Assembly (NCBI GenBank): GCA_965153285.1
Contig: OZ229114.1
Origin: Podarcis tiliguerta
Lineage: Eukaryota
Reading direction: 5' to 3' (one strand)
DNA: 64,000 bases
Shown: positions 13,877 to 29,329 of the stretch, one piece after another
Numbering within the stretch: position 1 is the first letter of the stretch
Layout of the letters: each line of letters opens with the position of its first letter
The notes under the pieces: generated by a model
Told to the model about the DNA's origin: nothing
Database searches by the model: none
What the model saw: the letters and a program-made list of their open reading frames with translations, nothing else
Program-made: the position numbers and the translations under genes

Positions 13877-14479
13877 TCATTCATTAAAAAATAGAGAGGA
13901 AGGAAAACAAAGCCAGTGCATCTTAGCAAAACTGCTTTGAACCCAAACAAAGGCTGTTTACACAGATAAGTGTGGGTGTTCCTTCATAAAGGCAGAAAGC
14001 AGAAGGTGTGAGCCAAGGCTGTTGGGGCATCATTAGGAAAAAACACAGGGTAATGCGAGACACATAAAAGCTAGGAGTGAGGGCCCCTGGACAAACTGGG
14101 AGAGCCCATACCTGATAGGTTTGGAGTGACTGCCTGATAGGAGTCTGAAGCATCAACAGAAGGGACACAGAAAGAATGATTCCAAGGTTGGGGGTTAAGG
14201 ATAAAAGCCAGCCTTGGGCAGGGAGAAAAGTATACTGGAGTATCTAGTGGTTGGCTGTCATAAGCCAAGCTCAAGCTAACAAGATATTTGTTTCCCCCCA
14301 ATATTGGTAGCAAATTTAGAGCATCGTCAACTTTACTGCAAAAGAACTGAAATCCAACACCTTATTCCTTGATCTAGGCTGCAGCACTTTTAAAATCCAG
14401 CTGGGGAAGTAAGGCCTTGTAGATCCAAGGGTGGGTGTAGCTGTGCTATACTTAGCAGTCACTTCACCCTCCGGGACTA

Positions 14480-14713
<234 letters not shown>

Positions 14714-14950
14714 TTAGTGAGATGGGGCTTTACACCTTCTATGACCTGCCAACAACAACCCAAAATGCTGACCAAGGGTGCCATGGAAACTCAGGAAGAG
14801 AGAGGGAATTCTCCAGTCCCTGCACCCATCAACTTCTCTGTCCAGATTAAAAAAAAGGGAGCTCAAATAATTTCCACTGTACCATAAAGCAGATCAGATC
14901 TTGAGCTGGGGAAGCTGAAGAGTATAGCTCTTTGAGGTATGCAGGCATCA

Positions 14951-15172
<222 letters not shown>

Positions 15173-15981
15173 TCAGGATAGCACAAACAGAGTTATGGCG
15201 CTGCTAATCTACAAATGGTGCCCTGTCTCCATCTCTTCTTCCCCTGAACCTGGAAGCAAAACAAAACTGATGATTTCTGGGACTCTAGATAAACAGCTGG
15301 AAGATTTCAAGTGTTTGCAACTCCTCTTCCCTTTCCTCAAATCTTTTATTTGTTGAGTACATGATGGGGTGGGGGGAAGTTCTGAAACTGGAACCTCCTG
15401 TCTGCAAACTCAAGAGTTCCAAAGACTGGTGACATTTGTGGATTTCTTGAGCCATCTTGATTATTTTTATATGGCAATGACCAGTAAAATGCAGCCCCAC
15501 ATTTGCCCTGCTCTGCACACTGAGGAGTTCCCACTACATAAGATGTTCCGTTCCAACGTTTCTTCTCTCAAGTGCAACACAGAGCGGTTATTTTATAATA
15601 TCTGACAAGATGCACATCATGAAAGCACAGAAGTGCAGAAACTAGTTGTGGTGAGATGAAGACATTCTGTACAACCTCAGGAGCTATCTGTTAATTCCTC
15701 TGTGCCTCAGAGCTGAATCATGACATTGAAACAAAGTCTGAAGACATGGCTTCTTTGACCACCTACAGCTCTTTCCCAGTGTTTCATTACTTAAGCCCTT
15801 AGCAGACCACCCTTTAGCCAAACAGTTCTGATGCAGGAACATTGCCTCAGACCTTTGGGGGAAGCAGCAGCTCCACTTTCTGTCAAGCAGCAAGATCAGT
15901 AAGTCATAAAATCAGAGTGAGAAAATTAAAAGTGAAGTTGCTTCTTTCTAGATGCTTGTTTGAGGGTTGGGGGAGCAGTCA

Positions 15982-16314
<333 letters not shown>

Positions 16315-19294
16315 TTATCCCATCCGTGCCAAGGACAGGTAAGCAATGTATGTCTAGGGAATACATTCTATTTGCTGTGGAATGAAAGGGCTGTGGGGAA
16401 GGTGTCTTGATAGTTGGTACAGGTGAGAGGTCCATAATGGTGTGAAGGAAAAGAGTAATGTCAAGGAAACACTGGTTCTGTGACAATACAAAACATACAA
16501 TCAGGTGCCCTTCAGCAATGAACCAACCTGAAGCCTCATCCTATTTTTGCACTGAAATCAAGATTAAAGTATTACAGAAAAGGCCATTAATTCAAGAACT
16601 CTTCAATAAACAACCAAGGGACCATTATGGGTGCCCAGGAAGATGCTTTGGGAGCCGACTAGGCTTCCTACTTCAAAAGGCGTGTGAAACAGTTAATCAT
16701 ATGATTATTATTTTAATGTGATTAAAAAACAAACCCTGATGTTCCATTTTAACAGGGCCTGAGCAGTGAAACAAAGAACATAGGCTTAAGAGTTCAATGA
16801 TCATGGAAGAAACACGACAGGTTCCAGACTTACCTCTCATTTTCTATGATTCTCTTCCCCCAGAACATTGCACCTAACTCTGAGAAAATGCTGGCAGCTG
16901 CTCTTTTCCATGTATGCTGCTTTAAGAACATTCCAAAGCATCTAAATGGGGAATAATTTGCTAGGAAGTAGCACTACTGAGAGGAAAGCAAGCTGAACAT
17001 GACTCAGCAAGATTGTGCTCAGCTTCATCAAAAGGAACAATGAAGACAGGCCATGAGATGTCATATTTAGCATTGGCTGCATCTCAGCTTCCATACTGTG
17101 GGTAGTTGCTTTCAAATATTTCTCAGCAAAGTGGATGTGAATGAGAGCCAAGATGCATAGATCTAATAAATGCTTAGCCTTGGTCTCTTTGCTGTTAAGC
17201 AGTGCAGACCCATTATCTGCCCACCCTGATGATTTCTGATCACCAACATGACAGCATTCAAAGGTGCAGCTTCCACTGTGTGCCTATTCGTTTTAATACT
17301 AACTTAAGTGTGAGGATTCCTTTGAGTTCATTTCATCTGCTCACACAACTGGGTACATTTCAATGTATGTATGTACTAACCCCCTCATCAGTTTTTGAGA
17401 GAAGCAGTTATTGCTGTTTGCTCCAAGGCTTCTGAACTTCTCCAACTGTACTGCAGAGGCAACATCTTAAAAAATGCTATTAAAAAAAACAAAACAAAAA
17501 ACCATATAGGGCAAAATTCCCACAATTTCAGCTGCTGCAGCTTTGGCACCAGATACCACAAGGTTCACAATAAAATTGTGAATGCTGGTGACCCTGAACA
17601 ACATCAATGGGTATTAATGATTTCCATATGGCCAGAGCAAAGCTGAACAGCATCAGGGGAGCCTGTACTGCACACCTGGAGATTAAATAAGCCAAATTCA
17701 AGACCAAACATAAAACTCCCTGCCTTTCAAAAGGGCAGCTGCTTTAGATTGCCTGTGTCTGGCACAACCAGCTGCAACTCAGCCAAGTGACCCCTAGCAT
17801 CACTCAGGGATGACTAAGTAGAACCACCACTGGACAAATCTTAAACATGGTATTACTCTGGTTCAGTGTGCTCACATATCCCTAACAATTAAGGTGCACA
17901 ATGCTAACTGATGAGAGGTATTGAACACAAAATAAGTTGTCTGATGCGATGTTTATATAGCAAAACTATAACCTTTGTTCTCTCTTCCTAACAGCAGCAC
18001 TGCACACCCATGGCACAATCAACCATGTTACGAAGCAAAAGCAAGGGAATATGGGCTTTGTGTCTGGAAAAGTTATCAGGAAGATAAGTTATAGTTTTGG
18101 GCACTGACAGGATGCCACCTACTCATCCACAATCCCAGTTAAGTCCAGTGCTATTTGGCCCATCTTTTTCATTTAGCTGGACAATCTATACTTGGAATGG
18201 GAAATCTGTGGTCCTCCAAATGTTGTTGGACTCCAGTTCCCATGATCCTTGACTACCGGCAGCCCTTGCTGGGGCTGATGGGAACTGGAGTCCAACAGCA
18301 TTTGGAGCGCCACGCTGGATTACTGACTGTATTGTTCCCTACTGTTTCTTGCACCTTTTTCTGCTCTGTTGCCCCTCTAATAACCTGGTATCTAGCAAGC
18401 TGCAGATTCCTACTGTAGCTTTCCCCTCAGATACAATTTTCAAAACCCTTAGCCAACTACAGTTCCCAGGATTCTTTGAGGGAAGTCATGTCCTTGAAAT
18501 GTGCACCAAATATGCTTTAAACGCCTGGTGTGGATCTGTATATGATATGAGAGGTGCTGTTCTCTGTGATATTTTAAATTGGTGTTAAGAGAAGCCAGGG
18601 CTGGGTTATTTGCTTTGCAGCTATCTTGCAACCGCAGGCATGCGCACAGATGACATGGGAGGGGCTATTTTCTGTAGACTCTCTGTTGAGAACCGGCCCA
18701 TAACTCAGTGGTAGAGCACATTCTTTTCAAGCAGAAGGTCTCAGGGTTAACTCTATATTTCTAGATAGGATTAGTAAAGAGCCCTATCCAAGACCCTGGG
18801 GAACCACTACCAGTACCAACCTAGATGGACCCAAAGTCTGACTTGGTAGCTTCATATGCCCGCAGCAAGTATATCTTGCTGTATTCCTAACACTCAGCTG
18901 GAATAGGCAGATTATAGCGCAGTCATCTTCCTTACAAGAGTTGCTGAAGGCAAAGAACTGGCAGACCAGGTTCAGGCTTCTGTGAAAGGAGGGCTAAATG
19001 GCAAATGCATGAATCACTCAGCTGAGAGCAGAATATTCAGTACATATGCGTTTATGCACACTGTGTGCAGGGGGTTTTTTTTTTGGGGGGGAGGGGAGGC
19101 CGTAGGCCTATACAGCAATGCATTCCCTCTCAAGCAGCTCCAGGAGAGCATTGCTTACTCACTTAAGATCTAGGGAATATTAGGATTGCATGAGCCATGC
19201 ATGACAAGAACACAGAAACAGACACACACACACACACCCTTGCACCTCTCCCAGGAGTCCAGCCACATTACCTAGGCAGGACAAGACTAAGCTA

Positions 19295-21300
<2,006 letters not shown>

Positions 21301-21400
21301 GAGGGCGTTGTCCAAGGAGTTCATTCGACCGTCTAAGAAGGCGTCTTGGTGTACAGCAAAAGTACGGGTGCCGTGGCTCTCTGCTGCTCCTATTGCTGCT

Positions 21401-21820
21401 ACTCTTGGTGACCCCTTGGACCAGAGCACGCCAGGCACTCCTGTCTTCCACTGCCTCCTGCAGTTTGGTCAAACTCATGCTGGTAGCTTCGAGAACGCTA
21501 TCCAACCATCTCGTCCTCTGTCTTCCCCTTCTCCTTGTGCCCTCCATCTTTCCAAACATCAGGGTCTTTTCCAGGGAGTCTTCTCTTCTCATGAGGTGGC
21601 CAAAGTATTGGAGCCTCAGCTTCAGGATCTGTCCTTCCAGTGAGCACTCAGGGCTGATTTCCTTAAGAATGGATACCTTTGATCTTCTTGCAGTCTATGG
21701 GACTCTCAAGAGTCTCCTCCAGCACCATAATTCAAAAGCATCAATTCTTCGGCGATCAGCCTTCTTTATGGTCCAGCTCTCACTTCCATTCATCACTACT
21801 GGGAAAACCATAGCTTCAAC
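21401..21820 (-). mobile_element. RTE-BovB LINE 3' fragment
   Basis: Encodes LKLQYFGHLMRREDSLEKTLMFGKMEGTRRRGRQRTRWLD...WRALVQGVTKS, the typical BovB C-terminus. Confidence 0.9.
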
Positions 21821-22802
21821 TGTACCAAACTAGGTAGACCAATGGTGTGACTTGCTCTATTCCTGTGCTTTTCTGTTAATAAGGCAAATACTACAAAGAG
21901 GCTATAAACGCTCAGACATGAAGCACATCCAAAGTCCTACCTCACAATCTGCTTGTGCCATTTGGATGCCAGGACATTACAGGCACCTTCAGCCACTGTC
22001 TCTCTCTAATGGTCCCTTTCTTTTTGGAAACTGCGAGCTCATTTTCTCTAGTGAGCTCATTTTTGCCATCTTGGAATGGAAGAAAGGGTGGGATACAGAT
22101 GTAAGGAAATAGATAAATAGTGCTAAAGTGCACACCTTATATAATTACATGTTTTTACTTGTAGAAGGTGTGCCATTTCCCCTAGCAGCTAAGGAAAAGG
22201 GGGCATTGCTTGAAATGCTGCTGCCAGTAAAGTACCAAGAGAAAATTGTATTACTAGCTCACCCTTAGGAAAGATATCTATCTGGCAAAGCCCTTTGTGA
22301 AGTTATTCTGTCTTGCTAACAAAAATCCACATTTGTGAAAAACATGTTAGTTTAGATGATTCACTATAGCCTCAATCCTTTGCTGGTATTATGAAATCAG
22401 CTTAATCTCTAATCTGGTTAGACTAAATCTGTCCCCGTCTTTCTAAATCTCCAGGATTTAATATAAGTGTTTAGAAGTAAGTTTCACTGAAATTAATAGG
22501 AATACTTCCAAGTTAAGATGCTTAAGATCAGGGTACAATTAATTATTTTTCCTAGGAAGAAAACCCTTTATTTTTCATAATATACTACATAATTGTAAAT
22601 ACAAAAACAGAGAAATACCTCAACGTATTGCAATACCATCTTGTTAGACCATTTTATTATTATTAGTGGAGGGGAATGGCATTCTGCCCTGCTTAGGGCT
22701 GCATCTTTATGTAGCCACTGCTTAGCATTGGCAGGGCAGAGCAGGGAAATCTGACAAGCTATGTCTAAACAAAATAAAAAAAGTTCCTTCCAGTAGCACC
22801 TT

Positions 22803-23030
22803 AAGGTAAAGGTAAAGGGACCCCTAACCATTAGGTCCAGTCGTGGCCGACTCTGGGGTTGCGGCGCTCATCTCACTTTACTGGCCGAGGGAGCCGGTGT
22901 ACAGCTTCCGGGTCATGTGGCAAGCAACCAGAGCGGCGAACCAGAGCAGCGCACGGAAATGCCGTTTACCTGACGTGCTTTCGAACTGCTAGGTTGGCAG
23001 GAGCAGGGACCGAACAACAGGAGCTCACAC
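22803..23030 (-). mobile_element. Sauria SINE, truncated and internally deleted
   Basis: AAGGTAAAGGTAAAGGGACCCC tail; homologous to 4005-4361. Confidence 0.82.
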
Positions 23031-23832
23031 GTTTGTTATTGGTATGAGCTTTTGTGTGCATGCATACTTCATTTTTTTTATTTTATTTTACTACAGCAGA
23101 CCAACACGGCTACCTATCTGTAAGTAAAGCTATGTCTACTTAACAAGCTAATTAGACAGTGCACGTGACACAATGGGGAGTGAAAAGTTCAGACAAGACC
23201 GGAGCCAATGCATACATCCACATACTGCATTTGTTTACCTGGGCCAGGGCACAATCTTTGGTGTTCCCAATACAGTTACACAAATCAGTGAATTTGTATG
23301 CTGATTCCTTTAGTTTTCACAGAATCCATGGAACAAGGAGAGACATTAGGGGTTGTATTCAGTGTAGTGTCAAGCAGATCACTGGTCAGTGCAAGGATTT
23401 CTCCTTGAGCAATGGAATGATCTTCCCCTCTCCTTCCCCTGTACCCCCCTCAATCTGTTCTGGGATTCCCCCCCAACCCTCCAAAGCAGATTATGGAATG
23501 GTGTGGGGTGTGCACGAGGGAGGGGGTGGAATTCTCCTTGCACTATTCCTAATCCTTGTGCTAGCTCAAAAAAATGTAATTGAATGCCACTCTGTTATCT
23601 AATTGGACCTCTTTCCTTAAGATAATGCTATTTATTTTTAGGATACCTGATGAATTACAAGGCACCACTGCAGTTTGCCAGAATCTTTGGAAATGAGTGA
23701 CACGCAACTTGCCTTCAGGTCGGCTCAGTGGTATAGTGGAGCAGGGATGAGCAGAGTGAAGCACCACTGCTAATTTCACTGCTGTGACAATAATATCATC
23801 TCCTGGAGTGCCATTTGCTACTTCTGTACATA

Positions 23833-24218
23833 GGGACACGGGTGGTGCTCTGGTCTAAACCACTGAGCCTCTTGGGCTTGCCGATCGGAAGGTTGGCAAT
23901 TCAAATCCGTGCGATGGTGGTGAGCTCCCGTTGCTCTGCCCCAGCTTCTGCCAACCTAGCAGTACAAAAGAACACTAGCGCAAGTAGATAAATAGGTACC
24001 ACTGTGGTGGGATGGTAAACGACATTTTTGTGCGCTCTGGCTTCGGTCATGGTGTTCTGTTGCACCAGAAGCAGTTTAGTCATGCTGGTCACATGACCTG
24101 GAAAGCTGTCTGTGGACAGATGCTGGCTCCCTCAGCCTGAAGTGAAATGAGTGCTGCACCCCATAATTGCTCTTGTCTGGACTTAACCAACCAGGGGTCA
24201 TTTACCTTTGCCTTTACC
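23833..24218 (+). mobile_element. Sauria SINE
   Basis: GGGACACGGGTGGTGCTCTGG head and TTTACCTTT tail. Confidence 0.85.
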
Positions 24219-26752
24219 TGACCTATGTAGCAGATAAGTTTTTATTTGAGGGCAACCCTCCAGGTAAGCTAAGCAGAGGTTGCATGCATGACAATGGATT
24301 AAATCATTTCTGTTTTGTCCCTTTGTTAGGACCAACAAAAACGTCACAAATTAGGGAGCAAGCTTTTGAATCCGTCAGAACTCGTCATGAGGATCTATGT
24401 TGGGCAAAGAATTTTAGGGGAGGAGGTGGAGAAAAAAACTTTTTTGGTCCAAAAATAATTTTTGCTGCATAGTTTACAGCAACACCACTGGTTTTGTTAT
24501 TGCAATGTATTGCTGAATGTACAAGATGCAGCTTTGCATTCAATATAATGGCAGCTGTCCTAGAGTTTATTGATGCTGCATTCCTTTTGTAAAAAGATTT
24601 GGGCTGCACTTTAACATTTGCCCCTTCCCTTCTTTAAGCCTTTATTCTGGCCTCCCTTTCCCACTCTGTATATTGAAAATAGCTGGAATAACCATAAGGT
24701 GGCTCCCTTTCTCCATAACACAGGCTCTGCAGATCTGGTGGTTTTCAGAGTGGGCTGTGAAGTTCTTTAGGGAGGCTGACTAGCAACTGTTGTGATGCTT
24801 GTGTTGAAGAGAATAATTTTCCATTGTGGCTGAGTCTTTACAGGAAAAATCAATAAAAATAAGAGTGTCTGCAGAACCCAAAAGCTGTGGTTGATCCTTG
24901 CCTGTATTCATCTCTCTCTCTCTCTCTCTGTATAAGGAAAGTAATGTTTTTCATGGCAGCAATATATATAAAAAATGAAGATTCAGGGAGTTTTAATGGC
25001 AGATTTTCCAACTGCACAAATTCCCCATCAGACAACCCACACTGGGGAAAAGAAGAAGCTGAACCAACACAAAGTGTGCATTACTTCTTGCCTGCAGCAT
25101 GTACCTGTGGTTTTCCCAAAGGAATCAGTACTTATCTACTGAAAAGTGACAATTAATGTTATGAAACTGTCCACAAAAGGAGTACTTTAAAGGTATTTAC
25201 AAGGAGGCAGTGAAGTATGAAGGCAGAGAAGAGGAGATTCTGGCCAAAAAAGAAAAAAAGTGTTTTAATATGGGACACAGGAAAGTCTATGGAGCATGCC
25301 CACTAAGCTATATCCCTTCTTCTCAGGGACTTGAGATGGAGAAAATGATCTTCATTAGAGCATGTCACTCACAGCCTTAGTTTGTCCTAACAACGAGTAC
25401 AGCTCAAGTATTTCATTGTCTTAATAACCTTCATAGCTGAAGAGACTTTGTAATAAACCATTCTCCTTGCAGAATGCAATGTAGTGCAAGTACTAATGAA
25501 ATACCAACTGCTCACAATTGCCTGTCAGTCCACAGCATCAATGTGATCAAGGCTTCTGTTGAGGTATCAAAATACTGCCAGCTCTGTGACAGCAGTATTT
25601 CCAGCCTTGTATAACAAAACAAGATGGGAAATAGTATTTGAACACCTTCCTTCCACTAGATGAGATCTCTCCTCTACATGGGATAAACAACTTACGCCCT
25701 CTCTTTCTTTGGCATGTGTTTGCTTTTTCTTTCTTTCTTTTAAACTCTGTAGATGACTCAGAGGAGTGCAAGAGGCACCCACAGAACAGTGCATACCAGG
25801 GGGGAGCAGTTTGCAAGATCTACTTTATCTTTTGCTGGAACCCCAAGTTCCATCAAAGCCAGGTGCAAAAATGTAGGTGAGGGAAACACAAGCTTAGAAT
25901 AGGTAATGGGATGCCTCAGAGCGCAAGCTCAGCACAATAAACTGAGCTCCTGCTCCTTTCAAAAGGTCTAATGCTATTTTACTCCCAAACTTAGTTTTGC
26001 CAACCTAATTTAGGAGAAAACAACCCTAACCCTTTTTAAAATTAAAACAATAAGCAATTGGGGGTCACAAACCCTTACTGCAAATTACCCAGCGTTTTAG
26101 CAGATCTCAATCTAACTTCTGCTTGCCCCTAGTGTAAGGATTATTTTAGGGAGCAGATTGAAACAGACATCCCCAGAAAGGGAAGCTTCCTGCATGCACA
26201 TTCCAAAATCTTTTTTGTTGTTGTTGTTTGGACTGAGCTGCAGTGCAGTTTATCTGGAAGTCCTCTGGGCAGTGCCTTACAAGTTGTGGGGCAGATCTGG
26301 GACAGTGGCCAAGGGCAGTCTGTTCTCATAGGGAAGTTAAGGAGAGGAAATTGTGGGGTTTCATTTAGTTCTACAATTTAAATATATAATCAGTGACAGA
26401 TGGTAATGCTAACTGCAGAAGGGGCTATTGTACAATTTAACATTTTGCACATACCAAAAAGTAAATAGCCTGAACAACAAGTTAAACAGATCACCTTTCC
26501 ACTGTGCCCACAGCCCAGGATACAAACTTTTCCAGACATGTTGCCCTTGCCTCGGGATATCAACAGCCAAGAAAGATGACCAATAGAGAGCAGCTTCTAA
26601 TGTGTACAGTTAATTAGATTTCCATCTATATTCCTTTGTGCTGGAAGGGATTGTGGTGGTGAAACCTTTACATCTGGGGCAGAGGTACAGAGTATGGGCC
26701 ATGTTGCACGTACAGCAGTTTGCAGTAACAGCTATGTTCCATGTGTATTGTG

Positions 26753-27134
26753 TGTTGGGAGATACTGCCAGGGAGATAAAGTCCATCTTGACTCCTCGTC
26801 GTCTCCGGACATCCATTGATCTCCCGCAGACACGCAGTATCAGCAATTAGCGACAGGAGCTCCAGAAATAGCTTCCCTCATTCTAGAGCTCTTGCACACT
26901 CTATCAGCAGAGTTCACACAGCAAAAGTTGCACACAGGAGAGCATTATTTCTAAGTTTATTCAGCGTTGATCAGAACAAAGAAAAATCATGACTGCCTGC
27001 ATGAGGGAGTTCCCGGCAGTGAGAGAGAAACGAAAGCAAAAGACACAACAGAAACATCCTGTGAGACAGGAAATACGCAGGCTGTGACACAAACATCCTG
27101 CTCCCTTTTAAGGTGGAACGGAAATATCCCAACA
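26753..27134 (-). repeat. Copia 3' LTR (AATAAA on - at 26956-26961)
   Basis: Direct repeat of 33105-33486, preceded on the - strand by the PPT. Confidence 0.96.
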
Positions 27135-27148
27135 TCCTCCCCCTTTCC
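27135..27148 (-). other. Polypurine tract GGAAAGGGGGAGGA
   Basis: Purine run directly abutting the 3' LTR. Confidence 0.9.
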
Positions 27149-27171
27149 GTGTAACCTGTAGTACCTGTGGT

Positions 27172-27558
27172 TCAACCCAATTGCAACCTCTGTACATAAA
27201 CCTTAAGTTGTTCTCTGTTAACAACCTTCGACAACAGATCAGCAGGAATTTCATTTCCTGCCATGTAGGACACCCAAATAAGTCCTTTCTGAATACACTC
27301 TCTTGCACGATGTAACTTAATCTGCAAGTACTTGGTTCTTTGCTTGCAACTCTCTGAGTTCAGCAAAGCCAAACAGGATCTATTGTCTTGATACACTTTT
27401 ATAGGACATTTCACAGTAACTCTGATGTCCTTAAACAGTTGCATCAACCATTCACAATCCATGAGTGAAAATGACAGAGCATTGAGTTCTGCTTCACAGG
27501 AACTTAGGCTCACTGTCGTCTGCTTCTTGCACAACCAGTCAAACAGACAGTGGTTGTA
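27172..27558 (-). pseudogene. Separated C-terminal RNase H part of the Copia pol
   Basis: YNHCLFDWLCKKQTTVSLSSCEAE...YQDN...PADLLSK*. Joins in frame to 29330 once the insertion and one TSD copy are removed, giving a 1309-aa ORF. Confidence 0.93.
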
Positions 27559-27633
27559 CATGTAGCCAGTGGCGTAGCGTGGGGGGTGCCAGGGGTGCGA
27601 GCCGCACCGGGCGCAACATTTGGGGGGGCGCAA

Positions 27634-27847
27634 GTCCAGAGGGAAGGAGGTAGAAGGCGGACGCCCTTGGGCGCCCCCAGCCGCGGGCGCGCTGCAGCCG
27701 CGCGCGGAGTTGGTGCTGCCACAGGATTCCCAGTGCCAACACGTTGCCCAGCAGGCCGGCCGCGAAGAGCAGCGAGCCCGGCAGCGCCGACTGGCCGCCC
27801 TCCAGGTGCCGGTTGGCGCGGCAGCGGTAAGCGCCGCCGCCGTCCAT
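27634..27847 (-). pseudogene. PTGDR: Captured 5' coding fragment of a prostanoid receptor (PTGDR/DP1-like): N-terminus, TM1, ICL1 and start of TM2
   Basis: MDGGGAYRCRANRHLEGGQSALPGSLLFAAGLLGNVLALGIL...SAFYLLPSGL, compared with recalled human DP1 [37 protein letters not shown]...SVFYMLVCGL. Confidence 0.8.
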
Positions 27848-29204
27848 GGAGCCGGCGGCGGGCGAGAGTCTCCGCTCTTGGCTAGGCGACGCCGAAGCGG
27901 AGGATCCCGAGTCCGGCGGCGCGGTTCCGCCGGGGGCTCGCCTGCTCCTATCCTTCAAGGAGTTTCTGAGCTCCCGCAAAGGGAGGCTCCTGCTGGCCGA
28001 GGCGGTAAGATGGGGCGCGGAAGGGGGGGCGGGGGCGAATGCATTGCAAACTCGAGTCAAGGGCTGCGCGTGGGGAAGGGTGGCGGAGAGGACGAGGAAG
28101 TGGGGCGGCGGCGGAGAAACTGCAGGCTCTGCTCGCAATCTCTCCTGGCAAAAGGCTTCCACGCCGCGGGAAGTTTGCCAGGAGCAAAGGAGGGAAACGA
28201 GGTCGGGTTCCTTTGCCCTGAACGTGACCCTCTCCCACAGCAATCTTTCCTGTGCCCGTGGACTCAGAATCGAGCTCTGTCCAGGAGGCGCTTACTCGCA
28301 GGTAAACTGGGCGCGCTGGATCGCAGCCTGAGGCCCTTGGAAAACCAGGACCGGTTCCAGCAGGCGTCGTGTAGGATTCGCCTAGAAACGAGGATCTTTT
28401 TTCCCCCCGCCTCGCAGGGACCCCGATGGTGGCCACCACGCCCACCCCGGAGGGGAGAGGGAGAGACAAGAGAAGGCACAGGCCCGGGCGACTTCTGTAC
28501 TAGTAAAAACAAAGAAAGAGGCTTCCGGCACCCTGGAAGCTAAGCAGTTTATTACGGCGCAAACGCTTTTCTGGGCTAGAGTCCACTTTGGAAGCATGAA
28601 GTTGCGGATGTGAATAGCACTCGTGGCGTTGGGGTTGTAGAATAGTGACGTATGAGGGAAAGGAACTGTATAAAGTCAAACAGATAGTGAGGACGGGGGT
28701 TATTAACGGTGGCCTTTTCCAGGCTGGCTGTATGTTGCAACTGAAATCAGTTTGCATCCTGTCATATTCAAGTTGAGCAATTAAAGTGGATTTGGCGCTC
28801 TTGGGCAACGAATGTGCTTAGCACCCCCACACACCCCACAGTCTTTTTAAGTTGAGGGGGAAATGCAGTGGAAACCGTGGGATAACATTTGGTTGACGTG
28901 AGGTCCTGGCAAACAAATCAGAATGAATGCTCAATACATTGGATGTGCCTATAACAGTCCTAAGGGCCGGCCGGGCATGGACTGAGGCAGCCGCTTTGAG
29001 CAGTGGATTCCACACAGGTGTGGTGTCCCACCGCCCTGGAGAAGTGAGCAGAGGCAGCAGCTTCTGCTGAGATGTCGCCACAAAGTACTTTGGCACAACC
29101 CTTGTAAGCAAGGCTTCAGTGGGGGTGGCAACAGGAGGGGCAGTGAAACAACAGGATGAGCCACCCCTGACATCCCAGCAAAGTGTGTGCAAACAGATGA
29201 GGAT
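27848..29204 (-). promoter_or_regulatory. Captured 5'UTR and putative CpG-island promoter of the receptor gene
   Basis: CpG-rich to about 28560 and contiguous upstream of the ATG. TGACG CRE-like sites at about 28646 and 28893. No similarity to Copia. Confidence 0.6.
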
Positions 29205-29329
29205 CAGTGGCGTAGTGTGGGGGGTGCAGGGGGGGCTGGCCACACCGGGCGCAACATCTGGGGGTTAGGGTTAGGGGGCGCAAATTACTTGCCTTGCCCC
29301 AGGTGCTGACAACCCACGCTACGCCACTG
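29205..29329. mobile_element. Complete ~125-bp hAT-type MITE forming the right end of the composite element
   Basis: Has its own left TIR CAGTGGCGTAGTGTGGG at 29205; its first half is homologous to 27567-27633. Confidence 0.85.

Larger units (their letters stand above)
27567..29329. mobile_element. Non-autonomous hAT-type composite element carrying a host gene fragment (Pack-type)
   Basis: TIR CAGTGGCGTAGCGTGGG (27567-27583) and CCCACGCTACGCCACTG (29313-29329). 8-bp TSD CATGTAGC at 27559-27566 and 29330-29337. No transposase ORF. Confidence 0.93.

Noticed and set aside
18196-18311. Imperfect hairpin as a pre-miRNA
   Set aside because: Related palindromic sequences recur near 52420-52500 and 58245-58315, consistent with a common old MITE family.
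27539-27847. In-frame fusion of the receptor fragment with Copia RNase H
   Set aside because: The receptor frame stops at 27539 and RNase H is in a different frame.
27634-27847. Native functional prostanoid receptor gene at this locus
   Set aside because: Truncated at the start of TM2 and enclosed by TIRs and a TSD inside a retrotransposon; no remaining exons in the window.
27620-28543. 307-aa + strand ORF in the captured fragment as a possible transposase
   Set aside because: No BED finger, DDE or hAT dimerisation motifs; it is the antisense of a GC-rich exon and promoter.
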